DNA of 64,000 nt from Squalus acanthias (lineage: Eukaryota): positions 65,040,001 through 65,104,000 of the forward strand of contig CM059432.1 of the NCBI GenBank assembly GCA_030390025.1, in the 5' to 3' direction. The notes under the pieces are model-generated. The model had not been told where the DNA came from. It worked only from the letters and a program-made list of their open reading frames with translations, and made no database searches. The position numbers and the translations under genes were made by a program. Shown in pieces: positions 1 through 12,987 of the stretch. Numbering within the stretch: position 1 is the first letter of the stretch; each line of letters begins with the position of its first letter.

Positions 1-389
1 AAAGTTATCACTGAATTTGCTCCCACCACCCTTTCAGACAGTGTATTCCAAATCACAACAACTCAGTGCGTAATTTTGTTCCCTTGTGTCGCCTCTGGTT
101 CTTTTGACAATTACCTTAAATCTGTGTCCTCTGGTTACCAAACCTGTGCCACTGGAGACAGTTTCTCCTTGTCTATCCTCTCAAAACGCTTCATGATTCT
201 GAACACCTCTACCAAATCTGTTTTCCTCATGCTTCAGTTCCTTTTAATACCCACATTTTGATGGTGTGGGGAGTGGGGGAGGGAATTAAAATCACTTTAT
301 TTGATTTTAATTTTGTTTTCGTTGAGTCCAGCATTTCAATGTATCACATAGCTAAATATTAAACAGACAAGATTAGAAAGATCTTAGAA

Positions 390-620
390 AGATCTTGCAT
401 TCATATAGTGTCTTTCACAACGTCAGGATGTCCCAAAGCACTTTACAGTCAATGAAATACTTTTGAAGTATAGTCATTGTTGTAATGTAGGAAATGTGGC
501 AGTCAATTTGCACACAGCAATGTTCCACAAACAGCAATGTGATAATGACCAGATAATCTGTTTTAGTAATATTGGTTGAGGGATAAATATTGGCCAGGAT
601 ACCAGGGAGAACTCCCCATC
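390..620 (-). mobile_element. Deu-domain SINE fragment (SacSINE1/AmnSINE1-like), 3' portion
   Basis: Its right end (GGTTGAGGGATAAATATTGGCCAGGA...GAACTCCCC) is the reverse complement of part of the SINE at 47780-47960. The family name is from recall; boundaries are approximate. Confidence 0.6.
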
Positions 621-3218
621 TCAGAAGTTTATGGTTTGCAAATTCCTGTGTTTACTAAACTGCATCCTGTTCAAATGCAAGAACTTTTGATTTGCAACTC
701 AAGAACAACAAAATCTCCCAACAAATCCCCTTTGAGTAAGTGCTCCCAATTTATTAGTAAAAGGTCAAATTCTGCAGGTTAAAATATACATACTTACAGC
801 TTTTATCTTCAGAAAAATTATATGTAATAAATGATTTTAGGAGCTCCCTCATATTGTTTCACTGAGAACCTAAGCGAAAGCAGTAAAATATATCAGCACT
901 TTAAACCAAAATCGCACAACTGAAGCTTTTCACTGGTGATAATGTTACCTTTTATAAGGGAGTGTTACTTGTATCACTAGGTACATGCCCACAAAAATCA
1001 AAGGTTTACACAGATGAAGATGCTCTGATGTGCTTCAATATATTTGTTTTCAAAAGCAAAGGAAGATTCCTATCACATTTAAGGAGTTAGAGCATGGGAT
1101 TGAAACTCCGAACCGATCATCATTATCCATGCAACATAATTCCATGAATATTCAGAAATCTGTCAAAAAATAGTGAAGTGATGCACATGAAGGCTATTTC
1201 ACTGGTGATTGTTTACTGTGATTCCTTTGATGAGTGTAAATTAGTGTTTGCATTCATTATTTACAATGCAGACAACTGAAAATGATCAGCTTAAAGAGTT
1301 ATTGCAACACATCACGATTGTAGAGTTCCATTGATCATGTTTGTGTCTTTAGAGAACAAATTAAAAGATAGAAAAAATTAGCTGTGAGACATAGATTAAA
1401 GGGAGTGAATCACAGCAGTGGAAAATGTGTTTATGATCAATTGATCTCCTGTGACATTGCTATTGTATTTAAGGGGCGACAGCTCCGAAAGCTTGTAATT
1501 TTAAATAAATCTGTTGGACTATAACCTGGTGTTGTGCGACTTCTCATTTTTGTATTTATAAGGATTGGGTTCTTGCTTCTCCCCACTGCTGCAGAAAGGT
1601 GGTGAACCTTACTCTCTGAGCTTATTCTTTCTGCCTCCAACCATTTCTTCCCCCTCTCTGAGCAAGCTCATTCCCTGCCCCTATCCTTGTCCCTGGTCTT
1701 TCTGATATTATGTTATCTCATAATTCCTCCTCTCCACTTAAGTTATATTATAACTCACTTCTTCTAGCCTGGTTGCTATAGTACTCTGCTTTCCAATCAT
1801 TTTCCTCATCCAATTCAGCTGGTCAGTTTGATCATGTGTGGAAGCTCCAACCAGGTCGTGATTCCTGGGAATTGTGGGCTAATTGTGAGTCAGCTGGCCG
1901 GAAGACACCAGAAGGCCTCTGAATGTCAGAACCCAGCTGGCTGGTTTGTACATCGGGAATAAATCAGTGACCAATTTCTGCATTCACTGGAGCTTTGGGT
2001 GGATGGTAGTTCCTGGGAATTAGTCGTATTGGCGGATGTGCATCAGGACATGTGAATGTAGGGAGTCAGTTGGGTGGGATAATGAAGTATAGGGAAGAGG
2101 GTGTACTCGGACAAAAGCAAAATACTGTGGATGCTGGAAACCTGAAATAAAAACAGCAAAAACAGCAAATACTGGAAATACTCAGCCGGCCAATGTGGAG
2201 CGAGAAATGGAGTTAACATTTCAGGTCAATGACCTTTCATCAGAACTGGAAAAGGTTAGAGATATAACAGGTTTTAGGCAAGAGCAGAGGCAGAGAAAGG
2301 GGGAGGGGAGGAAAGAACAAAAGGGAAGATCTGTGATAGGGTGGAAGGCTGGAGAGATTAAATGACAAAAGGTATGATTGTACAAGGCAAAAGGGTGTAA
2401 TCGGAGTTCTAAATACTCCAAAGCCTGTGCGATTTCGGGTTGTTTGTGGATGTGTGGGAAAGTTGCTGGCGCCAAATTTGTTGGTAATTGAAATTGGGAA
2501 GAAGGTTTGGCTAATATGATTGGTGAATAACAAAAGTAGAAATTTTCACAGAGGCTTGTGCATTTAATCAATTAAGAAAACTGACTGACACCTCAATGAT
2601 TACAATGTAGACTACAAAAGTGACACACAAGAAACATCATAAAGGTTTTATTTATGTCAAATTATGTATCTATAAATATGTGCTGGAATTATAATCATTA
2701 GAGTAAAAAGTTCTGCTTAATTAAAGTTAAGCCCTTTTACTTTGTGACTATAAAGGGTGTCTTAATACATTCTTAATTATTACAGTACTGGGTTAAGCAC
2801 TAAGTAAAATCATTTACTGTGTGTATGCATTGCTGAACACCTCACCAATAGCAGCGAGAGGAATTTGGTATGAGCATATTAAACATTCAGACAGTAACAA
2901 TGCCAACCGTAATTTCTACCCTGACCAGTTGAAGCGCTATAGATGTTCGTGATGGATTGGTTACCACGTTAGTAAAGCATCTAGAACTGTTAATCTCCAT
3001 TCTAGTGGTTCATTAAATGATAATATTTACTACAATCTTACTGAATTTCAAAATGGCTTGTGATTCTACAGCAAGCTAGATCTTAAATCTTTAACTTGCC
3101 TTCTTTTGGGTTACATATTAGTACTAATAAGCTGAATCATTTATTGTTGCATTCCACTATACTGGATTATCACAGTTTAAAATGTAGTGGCAGGCACCCT
3201 TGACATTTTAAAGAACTA

Positions 3219-5169
3219 GGGGTAGAATATCCGCTTAAAATGTGCTTGAAATTGTGCTGGTTAGGTTACAATTCAAGTTTCCGCTAAAATTAATTTGCAA
3301 CTTCACAAACATAAAATATTCCATGAACCAGCGCAATCGGGCAATGTAATAGAATGTAATTTTTCTTTCCATTAAATCTATTCTTTGATGTATTTAAGAG
3401 TGGTACCCTAGTGCAGTTTTATACATACAGCTGAAAATGGGTTTATCTAGACTTCTGCCTGTGAGTAACCTGATTTAAAATCATTGATTTTAGAAAGGGG
3501 AATTGCCTTCTAAAATGAAAAAAATAAAAAATCATTTAAAAATAGGCAGTTTTTAGCCCTTAGAACTCAACTGCCTTCTGAAAAAAAATAAACAGCAAAA
3601 AGAATTCCCAAATGGCTATTTTCAGCTCTTAAAGCTGAATTGCCTTCCGCACCTAAAAAAATGGGAAAAGTGCTTCAGCACTAAGACACATGGCTCAGCA
3701 AGCCAGGGAAGGGGCACCCAGGGTCTCGTATGCAGCACTCCAGCTTTGTGTAGGGGGTCAACACTGCAAGAGAGTTCCTCTACCCACAGGGGCCAGGAGA
3801 CCCTCCAGAAAGAATGATGTGCCACCACATCTCCGAGGCCGTCACTGCCAGCAGTATCACCCCCACCACCTGGTTCCAGTGTCCAAAGAAGCTTCATGAC
3901 CTCAGACCAATGGTCAAGGTCAGTGAATGCATCTTCTAAAGCCGTCTCCTACCAAATGCACCACTAGCCTCACACACTGCTTAATGCACGATCCCCAATC
4001 ACTCACCTACCAACAATCTGCACCAATCATGAGGCACACCTCACATTCTTAGCTTCACCTCACCGCCTTGGAGGAGATGGTGCTGGCCATTCTTGGCAGG
4101 GGCATGGCTCAGCAGCCTTCCACCAGCTATGCTGCAGCCACTGGGGTAGCACTCCGTGGCATCAGTAGGATAGTCAAAGGCACACACCAGACAGTCACTA
4201 AGGGAATGCATAAGGGTGATTCGTTGATTTCTTGATGTCATATTGGATGGATAGATGTATAAAGTTGGATTGGAAAGTTTGCTTTGTGGTCGTTTTTATT
4301 TCAGCATTGTGGCCAAGAGGGCGCTGTGATGGTCAGTAACAGAGGGAAGATAAGGTGTGGGACAAATGTTGAAACGGGAATTGGGGTTGTGGTCACTGGT
4401 ACTGCAGGTGGACGATTCCATCCCGGATATCTCGGCCAGAAAGGGGCTGCCTGGGTTGCATCCTTCCTTCTACTTCCTCCTCTTTTGCTTCCTACTCTTC
4501 TGCATCTTCTTCTTCTGCATCTTCTTCTTCTGCATCTTCCTCTTCTGCGTCTTCCTCTTCCCTCTGCGAGCAGATGCTGGTAAGCTGAAATAAAGGCAGA
4601 AAATGCTGGAAATACTCAGCTGGTCAGGCAGCATCTCTACCTGAGACATGAACTCTGTTTCTCTCTTCACAGATGTGGCCTGACCTACTGAGTATTTCCA
4701 GCATGTTCTGTCTTCTCATAGGCCTTCCTTTACCATCTGAGGCCTTGCATGCATCCAGCAGCACTCCCTGCACACTTTAAAAACTTTTAACATCTGTTGC
4801 ACCAAGCCACTACTTCAATAAAATATAAAAAATCCATTCCAAAAGCTTACATGCAAATTTACCTGAAAGATGTGTGTGTCGCTTTAAGAAATGCTGACAG
4901 TATCTCAGTCGATCTGCTGCATGCTCGCTTTCCAAGCAAGTTTAGGACCCAGCAGTAAACTCAGTGCAAAGGTCCAAGTTCGCAGAGCATGGTGTTAAGT
5001 CACGTTGACGTCACACTCTCCAGATTTGCATATCCAGGGCCACTATGGCCCTCCATCAAAATGGCAGCCACCGAGTCCCACACCAGAGGCGGGCATTAGA
5101 GCGGTGGCCGCCATTTTTTTCAGGAATCTGCCGCAAACGGGTGGCAGTAATTAGCCCAATTTCTAGGCC
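3219..5169 (+). mobile_element. Non-autonomous Harbinger-derived DNA transposon with a degenerate Myb/SANT ORF
   Basis: Ends read GGGGTAGAAT and AATTTCTAGGCC. Decayed ORF at 3690 (MAQQAREGAPRVSYAAL) resembles the Myb ORF at 14600. An inverted second copy lies at 55438-57277. Confidence 0.7.
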
Positions 5170-6043
5170 TATATGCGTATACTTAAATTACTATTGCAGA
5201 GAAAAGTACACAACACATACTTTATTGACTGCACTGAGAAACTTAAAGGAAAAAAATCTCCGATTTTATAAAAGCTTCACCCTTACCAAGGCTGTCTTTT
5301 GGTCAACCTTTCAACCATTCAGAACAGTTTTGTCAAGGTTGAGGCTTATCCTTTGGAGGAACTGAATCTTGACCAAATTGTTGGAAAGCCGAGAATTTCC
5401 TCGGGGCTCCTCTCACTCCACCGCAATAAGAGCCGCACTTTCGCCAAAGTTACGGTGGTAGTACCGGAGCAGCTCCAAGGAAATTGTCCAAGTAAATTAT
5501 TGGAAAGACTATAGTTGTGTATCTCTTTCTATGTAGAAAGTTAAACTGCAGTTATGTCTACTGTAAAATCATTCATCAGCTTCTAGGGACCAGGTAATGG
5601 AGCAATCCCATGCACCTTAACTGATATCTTGTTAGCAGCTGTGAACAGCATTGCCCAGTTTAGACGAATTTGAAACAAATGTGGCATCTGGAGGTTTGTG
5701 TTGATTGTAAAGTCTCTATATACATGATGTGAAATGTGTTTAATTGGGCCCCGCATGAAAAGGTGTTGGACAAATATTATTGAGTTTGTTTATAAACACA
5801 TGATACAATCATGTAGATCACGTGCAAACACGTTGCTCTGGTTTTCCTATAATGCCGATGAGGAAAATGTATTGTTACAAAATTAATTTAAGAACGGGTT
5901 TATGATTTCCTTACACAGCGCACGGTGTAAATGTTCCTCCATTGCGGCCAAAATGGTACATTTGATTTTTGATCTCCTCCCTCTTTAAATAAAAAGCCCA
6001 TTTTTTATTGAAGATAGTTGCCCTTCAATTAATCAGATATTAC

Positions 6044-7011
6044 CTAGATATTGGGAAAGATCTTCATCTGTAAAGGACAGCAGAAGAAAGCCATCAACCA
6101 TGTACTCCGCAAGTGTCAGTCTGTAGAACTCCCTGATGCCCAGATGGAGTAGCCATTCCTGGACATCACTGACTGTCCAACTGCATAATTTCTTAATCTT
6201 AAACTCCTTGCTGAATTCTGAAAGCGGCGTTGTGCTGGATCGGAAAGGTACTTTTATCAGAGAGTATTCTTCTATCTTTTCACTCAGATTACCAATCACT
6301 AGTGAACTCTTCTCGGCCAAGCTGTTGCTGGCTACCCTTGCTCCTGTCAGGTCTATGACTCCGTCCATTAGCTGCGCCAGGCCTTTGGGGACCGTCACAG
6401 TATTGTACAGGACGGGGAAGATCTTAACATTTCTCTCCGATGATCTCAGTCTCTCTAATAATATTTTACTCTCCATCAGAGAGACGGGGCATTTGAAGTA
6501 ACTTTCTGACAAGAAAATGATGGCCGCCTTACACTTCTCAATGGCTTCAAGCCGCTGTGACAACCACAGAGGGGAAGCTATGTCCACTTCATCTTTGTCG
6601 AACCAGGTATCGCCCTTAAATTGTTTTCCTTTAGTTGCTTCGCGGTTTCGCAGACAAACTTTCGCTCCAGAAAGCTCGCATCGGGTGAATAAGAAATGTA
6701 AATGGACTTTGGCGCCTTTCTGCTGCTCAGTTGTGCGGGAGTGCCCTCCCTGGGTGACAGCTGCTCACCACTTGCTCCTTCCTCACTCGGGCCGGGAGGA
6801 TCTTCTGGAGTTGGAGAAAGCGCCAGGAGACCAAGGTCATCCTTCGGCTGAACCTCATTCACAGGCACAGCGGGTTGTTGCCAGCAACGGCACGGCTTAT
6901 GTTTTCGTCCGTTTCTGTTGACTTTAAACACTTTTGGGTTGGTGTTTTGACTGGTGTTCTAATTTCGATGCGAATGGGACACGTTAGAAGATCAAGCGCG
7001 GGTTCCTCCAT
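6044..7011 (-). pseudogene. Large coding exon of a TIR + SAM domain gene, split over three frames (pseudogene or consensus indel errors)
   Basis: Joining ORFs 6578-6931 and 6033-6587 gives a TIR-like domain (KSIYISYSPDA...GDTWFDKDE...AAIIFLSESYFKCPVSLMES...KIFPVLY) followed by a SAM start (WTVSDVQEWLLHLGIREFYRLTLAEYMVDGFLLLSFTDEDL). A donor G|GTAATA follows 6044. The ATG at 7011 has good Kozak context, but the true start is uncertain. Confidence 0.75.
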
Positions 7012-7635
7012 GATGCTGCACTTCCAATATCTGAAGCTTCATCCTCCTCGGCCACCACCCCAGGCTCAGCTTTAGTTTCTTCACACAAATTAGACTCTTA
7101 GTCGGCTGTGAAACTGTACCACTGCAACCAAATATTGTAGTCAACACCGAACGGGCAAAACTGACGTTTCTACAAAAATATATCTTCCCTTTCTGCTCGA
7201 TCTTGTAGAAAGCTGTAATCTTTTATCATGCAGTTGTATACATCTCTTGATCCGTCACTGTTGTGCTGCGTAAATTTGTTCCTAGGCATTGAAGAGGTAA
7301 CATGATGCTTAGTAACTAAGTCAAGTGGCGAAGTAAATAAAGTGGCAGCTGAACAGCTTCCTCAAAGTCTATAGTGCACGTGATTATACCCTGTGCTAAT
7401 ATCATGCAAAGCCGGACCTCTGTGTTATGCTATCAGATTGGCGTTCATCCTTGATTGCCACATTAGATAGACTTGTTCTTAATGCTGTATGGCTTTTAGT
7501 GCTTTGTTGCGTTCATACACTGCCATTTATCATGTATGGTACCAAACCATATTCACTTGTTATAAACTCACAGTAGATTGATGGTAGTAGCATGTTTTGC
7601 GAACGATTGCTTGCATACTTTTAATTGCAATACAT

Positions 7636-7807
7636 TTTTATACTGGAAACATTTCACTTTGCCAGCTTTTGGTAGATTGAAGTAGTAATAGCAGAGACAC
7701 ACCGTGCGTATAGTTATATTCAAGTCAAGTTATATGCACGACGTGTCTCCGCTGTTACTGCTTCAATCTACCAAAAGCTGACAAAGTAAAATGTTACCAA
7801 TATAAAA
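7636..7807. repeat. Foldback palindrome with 77-bp arms and an 18-bp spacer
   Basis: 7636-7712 is the reverse complement of 7731-7807, with about 10 mismatches by manual count. Confidence 0.9.
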
Positions 7808-7819
7808 AAATATATTTTT

Positions 7820-8890
7820 TATTTGTTTATGGGATCAGGGCGTCACTGGCAATGCCAGCATTTATTGCCCATCCCTAGTTGCCCTTGAGAAGGTGGTGGT
7901 GAGCCGCCTTCTTGAACCGCTGCAGTCTGTGTGGTGATGGTACTCCCACAGTGCTGTTAGGTAGGGAGTTCCAGGATTTTGACCCAGCGACGATGAAGGA
8001 TCAGCGATATACTTCTAAGTCAGGATGGTGTGTGACTCGGAGGGGAACTTGGAGGTGGTGGTGGTCCCATGCGCCTGCTACCCTTGTCCTTCTAGGTGGA
8101 AGAGGTCGCGGGTTTGGGAGGTGCTGCCGAAGAAGCCTTGGTGAGTTGCTGCAGTGCATCTTGTAGATGGTACACACTGCAGCCATGGTACGCCGGTGAT
8201 GGAGGGAGTGAATGTTTAAGGTGGTAGATGGGGTGCCAATCAAGCGGGCTGCTTTGTCCTGGATGGTGTCGAGCTTCTTGAGTGTTGTTGGAGCTGCACT
8301 CATCCAGGCAAGATGGAGAGTATTCCATCACACTCCTTACTTGTGCCTTGTAGATGGTGGAAAGGCTTTGGGGAGTCAGGAGGTGAGACACTCACCGCAG
8401 AATACCTAGCCTCTGACCTGCTTTTGTTGCCACAGTATTTATATGGCTGGTCCAGTTCGGTTTCTGGTCAACGGCGACCCCCAGGATGTTGATAGTGGGG
8501 GATTCGGCGATGGTAATGCCATTGAATGTCAAGGGGAGGTGGTTAGACTCTCGCTTGTTGGAGATAGTCATTGCCTGGCACTTCTGTGGCGCGAATGTTA
8601 CCTGCCACTTATCAGCCCAAGCCTGAACGTTGTCCAGGTCTTGTTGCATGTGGGCATGGACTGCTTCATTATCTGTGGAGTTGTGAATGGCGCTGAACAC
8701 TGTGCAGTCATCAGCGAACATCCCCATTTCTGACCTTATGTTGGAGGGAAGGTCATTGATGAAGTAGCTGAAGATGGTTGGGCCTAGGACACTGCCCTGA
8801 GGAACTCCTGCAGCGATGCCCTGGGGCTGTGATGATTGGCCTTCAACCACCACAACCATCTTCCTTTGTGCTAGGTATGACTCCAGCCAG
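7820..8890 (-). mobile_element. 5'-truncated LINE (CR1/L2 group), RT C-terminus and 3' tail
   Basis: [15 protein letters not shown] and MFADD motifs; IYKAQVRSVMEYS; frameshifted. Confidence 0.9.
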
Positions 8891-8891
8891 T

Positions 8892-11740
8892 GTATTACAA
8901 CTAAAAGTATGTAGGAAATCGTCTGTGTCAGAGCAGTGGGAGGCGTTTAAGGAGGAGATAGTGAGGGTTCAGAGCAAATATGTTCCCACAAAGAAAAAGG
9001 GTGAGACTCCCAAATCTAGAGCCCCCTGGTTGTCAAGGAGCATACAGGGTAGGATAAGGCAAAAAAGGGCAAGCTTATGTCAGATACCGAGAGGTCAATA
9101 CTACCGAAAGTCTATTGAAGTACAGAAAGTGTAGGGTTGAAATTAAAATGGAAATTCGGAAAGCAAAGCGAGGGCATGAAAAAATATTGGCAAGTAAAAT
9201 CAAGGAAAACCCAAAGATGTTTTATAAATACATAAAGAGCAAGAGGATAACTAAGGAAAGAGTAGGGGCTATTAGAGACCAAAAGGTAACCTGTGTGTGG
9301 AGGCGGAAGACGTGGGTATGGTTCTTAATGAATACTTTGTGTCTGTTTTCACAAAAGAGAGGGACGATGCAGACATTGTAGTTAAGGAGGAGAGTGCGAA
9401 ATATTAGATGAGATAAACATAGTGAGAGAGGAAGTATTAAGGGGTTTAGCATCTATGAAAGTAGATAAATGCCAGGCATGGATGAAATGTATCCCAGGCT
9501 GTTAAGAGAAGCAAGAAAAGAAATAGCGGAGGCTCTGACCATCATTTTCCAATCCTCTCTGGCTACAGGCGTGCTGCCAGAGGACTGAAAAAATTGGTAA
9601 CATTGGGGGAAAAATTGGGTTGCTTTGCGCCTCCCGTTAGCACCTCGAGAGGGCACTAACGGGGCGCAAAGCTCCTAGTGCCCGGGCGCGGCGCTGCTAA
9701 TGCCATCCGCGAAATTCAGCGGGAGGTTACCGGCGGCGGTAGCCAGTAGCACCCCGCTGCGCTGCACCTCCGGCAATGATGTCATCGCCCTGCTCGCGCC
9801 CCAGCCGCAAACTTGGCTCGTGCCCCCTGACCTGTCACCGGACGCTATGTCTGACACGGTCAGGGTGGCATTTTTGCAGCCGGGGCGGCATAAATTAAAG
9901 GGCAAGTGCCGGGCGGCCATTTTTTCTGTACTGCCTGCCAGCACCTGCCCCCTTTCGCCTCCTCAGGTGGGGTGCCGGCCGCGATCGGTCAGCCTGGCAC
10001 TCCTCTTGAGTGCCGGGCTCTTTTACCGGCAACCCGCTCCCCGGTGGTCCAGCAGGGTCCCGGTGCGTGCTGCGCTAGGCCCCTCCCCTTTAATTAGGGA
10101 AGGGAGGCCTGCAATACCGCGGCACAATGTGCTGACGTGTGTGGCCCTGATGCACGTAGCACCGCGATATTCAATGGGAGCGCCCCAAGAGGGAGGGGAA
10201 CGCTTCCAGTAGTGCCCCGTCTCCTGCTTGGGGCGCTACCATTCAATTTTGGGCGCGAGGGCGCTAACTTTTTTGGGGCACTAAAAGTAGCACCCCGGCG
10301 AAGTTAGCTCCCCAATTTTACCCCCAATACCTTTGTTTAAAAAGGGAGAAAGGGATAGACCAAGTCATTACAGGCCCATCAGCCTAAATACTGTGGTGGG
10401 CAAATTATTGGAAAAAATTCTGAGAAACAGTATAAATTGTCATTTAGAAAAGCACGGATTAATCAAGGACAGTCAGCATGGATTTGTTAAGGGAAGGTCA
10501 TGTCTGACTAATTTAACTGAATTTTTTGAGGAGGTAATGAGGAGGGTCGATGAGGGTAATGCATTTGATGTAGCCTACATGGACTTTAGCAAGGCTTTTG
10601 TCAAGGTCCCACGTGGCAGGCTGGTCAGAAAAGTAAAAGCCCATGGGATCCAAAGTAAAGTGGCAAGTTGGATCCAAAATTGGCTCAGTGGCAGAAAGCA
10701 AAGGGTAATGGTCAACGGGTGTTTTTGTGACTGGAACACTGTTTCCAGTGGAGTTCTGCAGAGCTGAGTAAGGTCCCTTGCTTTTTGGTGGTACATATAT
10801 CAATGATTTAGACTTCAAAGTAGGGGGCATGATTAAGAAGTTTGAAGATGATACAAAAATTGGCCATGTTGTTGATGAAGAAGAAAGCTGTAGACTGCAA
10901 GAGGATATCAATGGACTGGTCTGGTGGGCAGAAAAGTGGCAAATGAAATTCAATCGGAGAAGTGTAAGGTAATGAAATTGGGAATTGCTAACAAGGCAAG
11001 GGAATACACAATAAACGGTAGGATACCGAGAAGTGTAGAAGAACAGAGGGACTTTGGAGTGCATGTCCACAGATCCCCGAAGGTAGCCAGACAGGTAGAT
11101 AAGGTGGTTAAGAAGGCATACGGGATACTTTCCTTTATTAGCCGAGGCATGGAATATAAGAGCAGGGAGATTATGCTGGAACTGCATAAAACACTAGTTA
11201 GGCCACAGCTAGAATACTGCACACAGTTCTGGTCACCACATTACAGTAAGGATGTGATTACTCTGGAGAGGGTACAGAGGAGATTTATGAGGATGTTGCA
11301 AGGACTGGAGAATTTTAGCTATGAGGAAAGATTGGATAGGCTGAGGTTGTTTTCTTTGGAACAGAGGAGGTTGAGGGGAGATTTAATTGAGGTGTATAAA
11401 ATTATGAGGGGCCTAGATAGAGTGGATAGGAAGGACCTATTTCCCTTAGCAGAGAGGTCAATAACCAGGGGCATAGATTTAAAGTAATTGGTAGAAGGAT
11501 TAGAGGGGAGTTGAGGAGAACTTTTTTCACCCAGAGGGTGGTGGGGGTCTGAAATGCACTGCCTGAAAAAATGGTGGAGGCAGAAAACCTCATCACATTT
11601 AAAAAGTACTTGGATATGCACTTGAAGTGCTGTAACCTGCAAGGCCAAGAACTGAAAAATGGGATTAGGCTGGATAGCTCTTTTTCGGCTGGCACAGACA
11701 CGATGGCCTCCTTCTGTGCCGTAAATTTCGATAATTCTAC
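8892..11740 (+). mobile_element. 5'-truncated, degenerate CR1 LINE ORF2, interrupted by a MITE
   Basis: NPKMFYKYIK, YRPISL, QHGFVKGRSCLTNL and LVRPQLEYC motifs plus a CR1-type 3' UTR; many stops and frameshifts. Confidence 0.92.
9605..10325. mobile_element. GC-rich Harbinger-type MITE nested in CR1
   Basis: TIRs GGGGGAAAAATTGGG / CCCAATTTTACCCCC; the CR1 sequence resumes on both sides. Confidence 0.75.
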
Positions 11741-11871
11741 GACTTCGAACATTGCATCCACCGTATCCGCACGCATACTGAATCTAAGAATGTCAGCTTT
11801 CAAAGGGATTCAGATCAATTACGTGGATGCATTAAGGAATGGCAAATGGACTTAACTGTAGATAAATATAA

Positions 11872-12610
11872 GGGGCAGGAATTTTCTGTGGGTAATAACA
11901 GCGCTCGCGGTTATTACCCCTTTGAAACTGACCACACATGTGCATCTAAAGGCGGAAATCCTGAAGTTGCTGTCAGTCATTCACTGCTCCGATACTGGTT
12001 GTGCTGTGCCCACCCACCCACCCCCCCCCCCCCCCGAAATAGCCGGCAATCTGTGTAATCAGTGACATTGACGAAAACCTGGGCTTTTCCGTGGTAATAA
12101 CGCTGTTAAATACCCCATTAAAAGTTAGGCCTTGTTGGATTAGATATAACTGGGGTTTTAACACCGTATTTACTACTGAACAAATGATATGGCCTTGAAA
12201 AATGAATTTTAATTTTGTGGAGTTTCAAATTTCTCCATTATGATAAAAATTACAATTTTTAAGAAACTTTTTTAAAAAGAAATTATATTTTTGAAACGTT
12301 TGTTCATTATTATTTCAGGTTCTACCTTATCACCCATGTGAGAGCCCCAATCCTTGTTTTGCTCTCTGTAACATTTTTAAAAAGTCGGGATAAATGTCAT
12401 TTCTCATATCCTGCTTCCGGGTCTGTGAGAATTCTGCATTGTGATTGGCTGCTTAGGCACCTTGTTGACATCACAGCAGATCGTGTTAGCGATTCTCCAC
12501 TATACAATGCAGCAATCTCTTACAGGTCAAAAAAGACATCTCTATGGGCAGCTTTCTTTGGGGCCAACAGCAAACGCCATTGCTTCACTGCTGACCACAA
12601 ATTCCGGGCC
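11872..12610. mobile_element. Harbinger-type MITE
   Basis: Imperfect TIRs GGGGCAGGAATTT / AAATTCCGGGCC, resembling the termini of the 14306 element. Confidence 0.5.
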
Positions 12611-12987
12611 AATATTTTGTTTATATATGGAAAGCCATAAAAATTATTGCAAATAAGCTTGCTACTAGAAATCATGAACAGAACACAGATTAATACAGCA
12701 ACTATTAAGGTACTTTAAAAACAAGACGGCTATCAAATGTGTTCAACCACAGAAACCAAGGACTAAATGGACTCAGTTACATGAAGCTTAATAGGCTCAG
12801 TCTGATTGATAATTTAGACATTTTTTCAACCAATTTTCATAGAATAACTGTTTTCTCAACTAGTTTTTGGCAATCCTAATTACAGGCTATCTGGCTTAGA
12901 TAGCTTCCAATAACTTCCGAGAAACAAAAATATCAATTTTTAGAAAACTTGCCAATAGTGTCAACACAAGTTGCTGTTTTTCACTGA
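12611..12987 (+). repeat. About 380-bp AT-rich direct repeat, copy 1 (copy 2 at 46054-46434)
   Basis: Colinear, high-identity match from AATATTTTGTTTATAT to TTTTTCACTGA. Confidence 0.9.

Noticed and set aside
4470..4670. Lys/Gln-rich or Glu-rich ORFs
   Set aside because: They are translations of a CTT-rich microsatellite-like tail in a Harbinger relic.
5280..5520. Exon-like stretch downstream of the TIR-SAM exon
   Set aside because: No minus-strand frame with credible splice sites continues the SAM domain; the frames I read contain stops or lack motifs.
9675..10212. GC-rich ORFs that look like a CpG island
   Set aside because: They are the interior of a TIR-bounded MITE nested in CR1.
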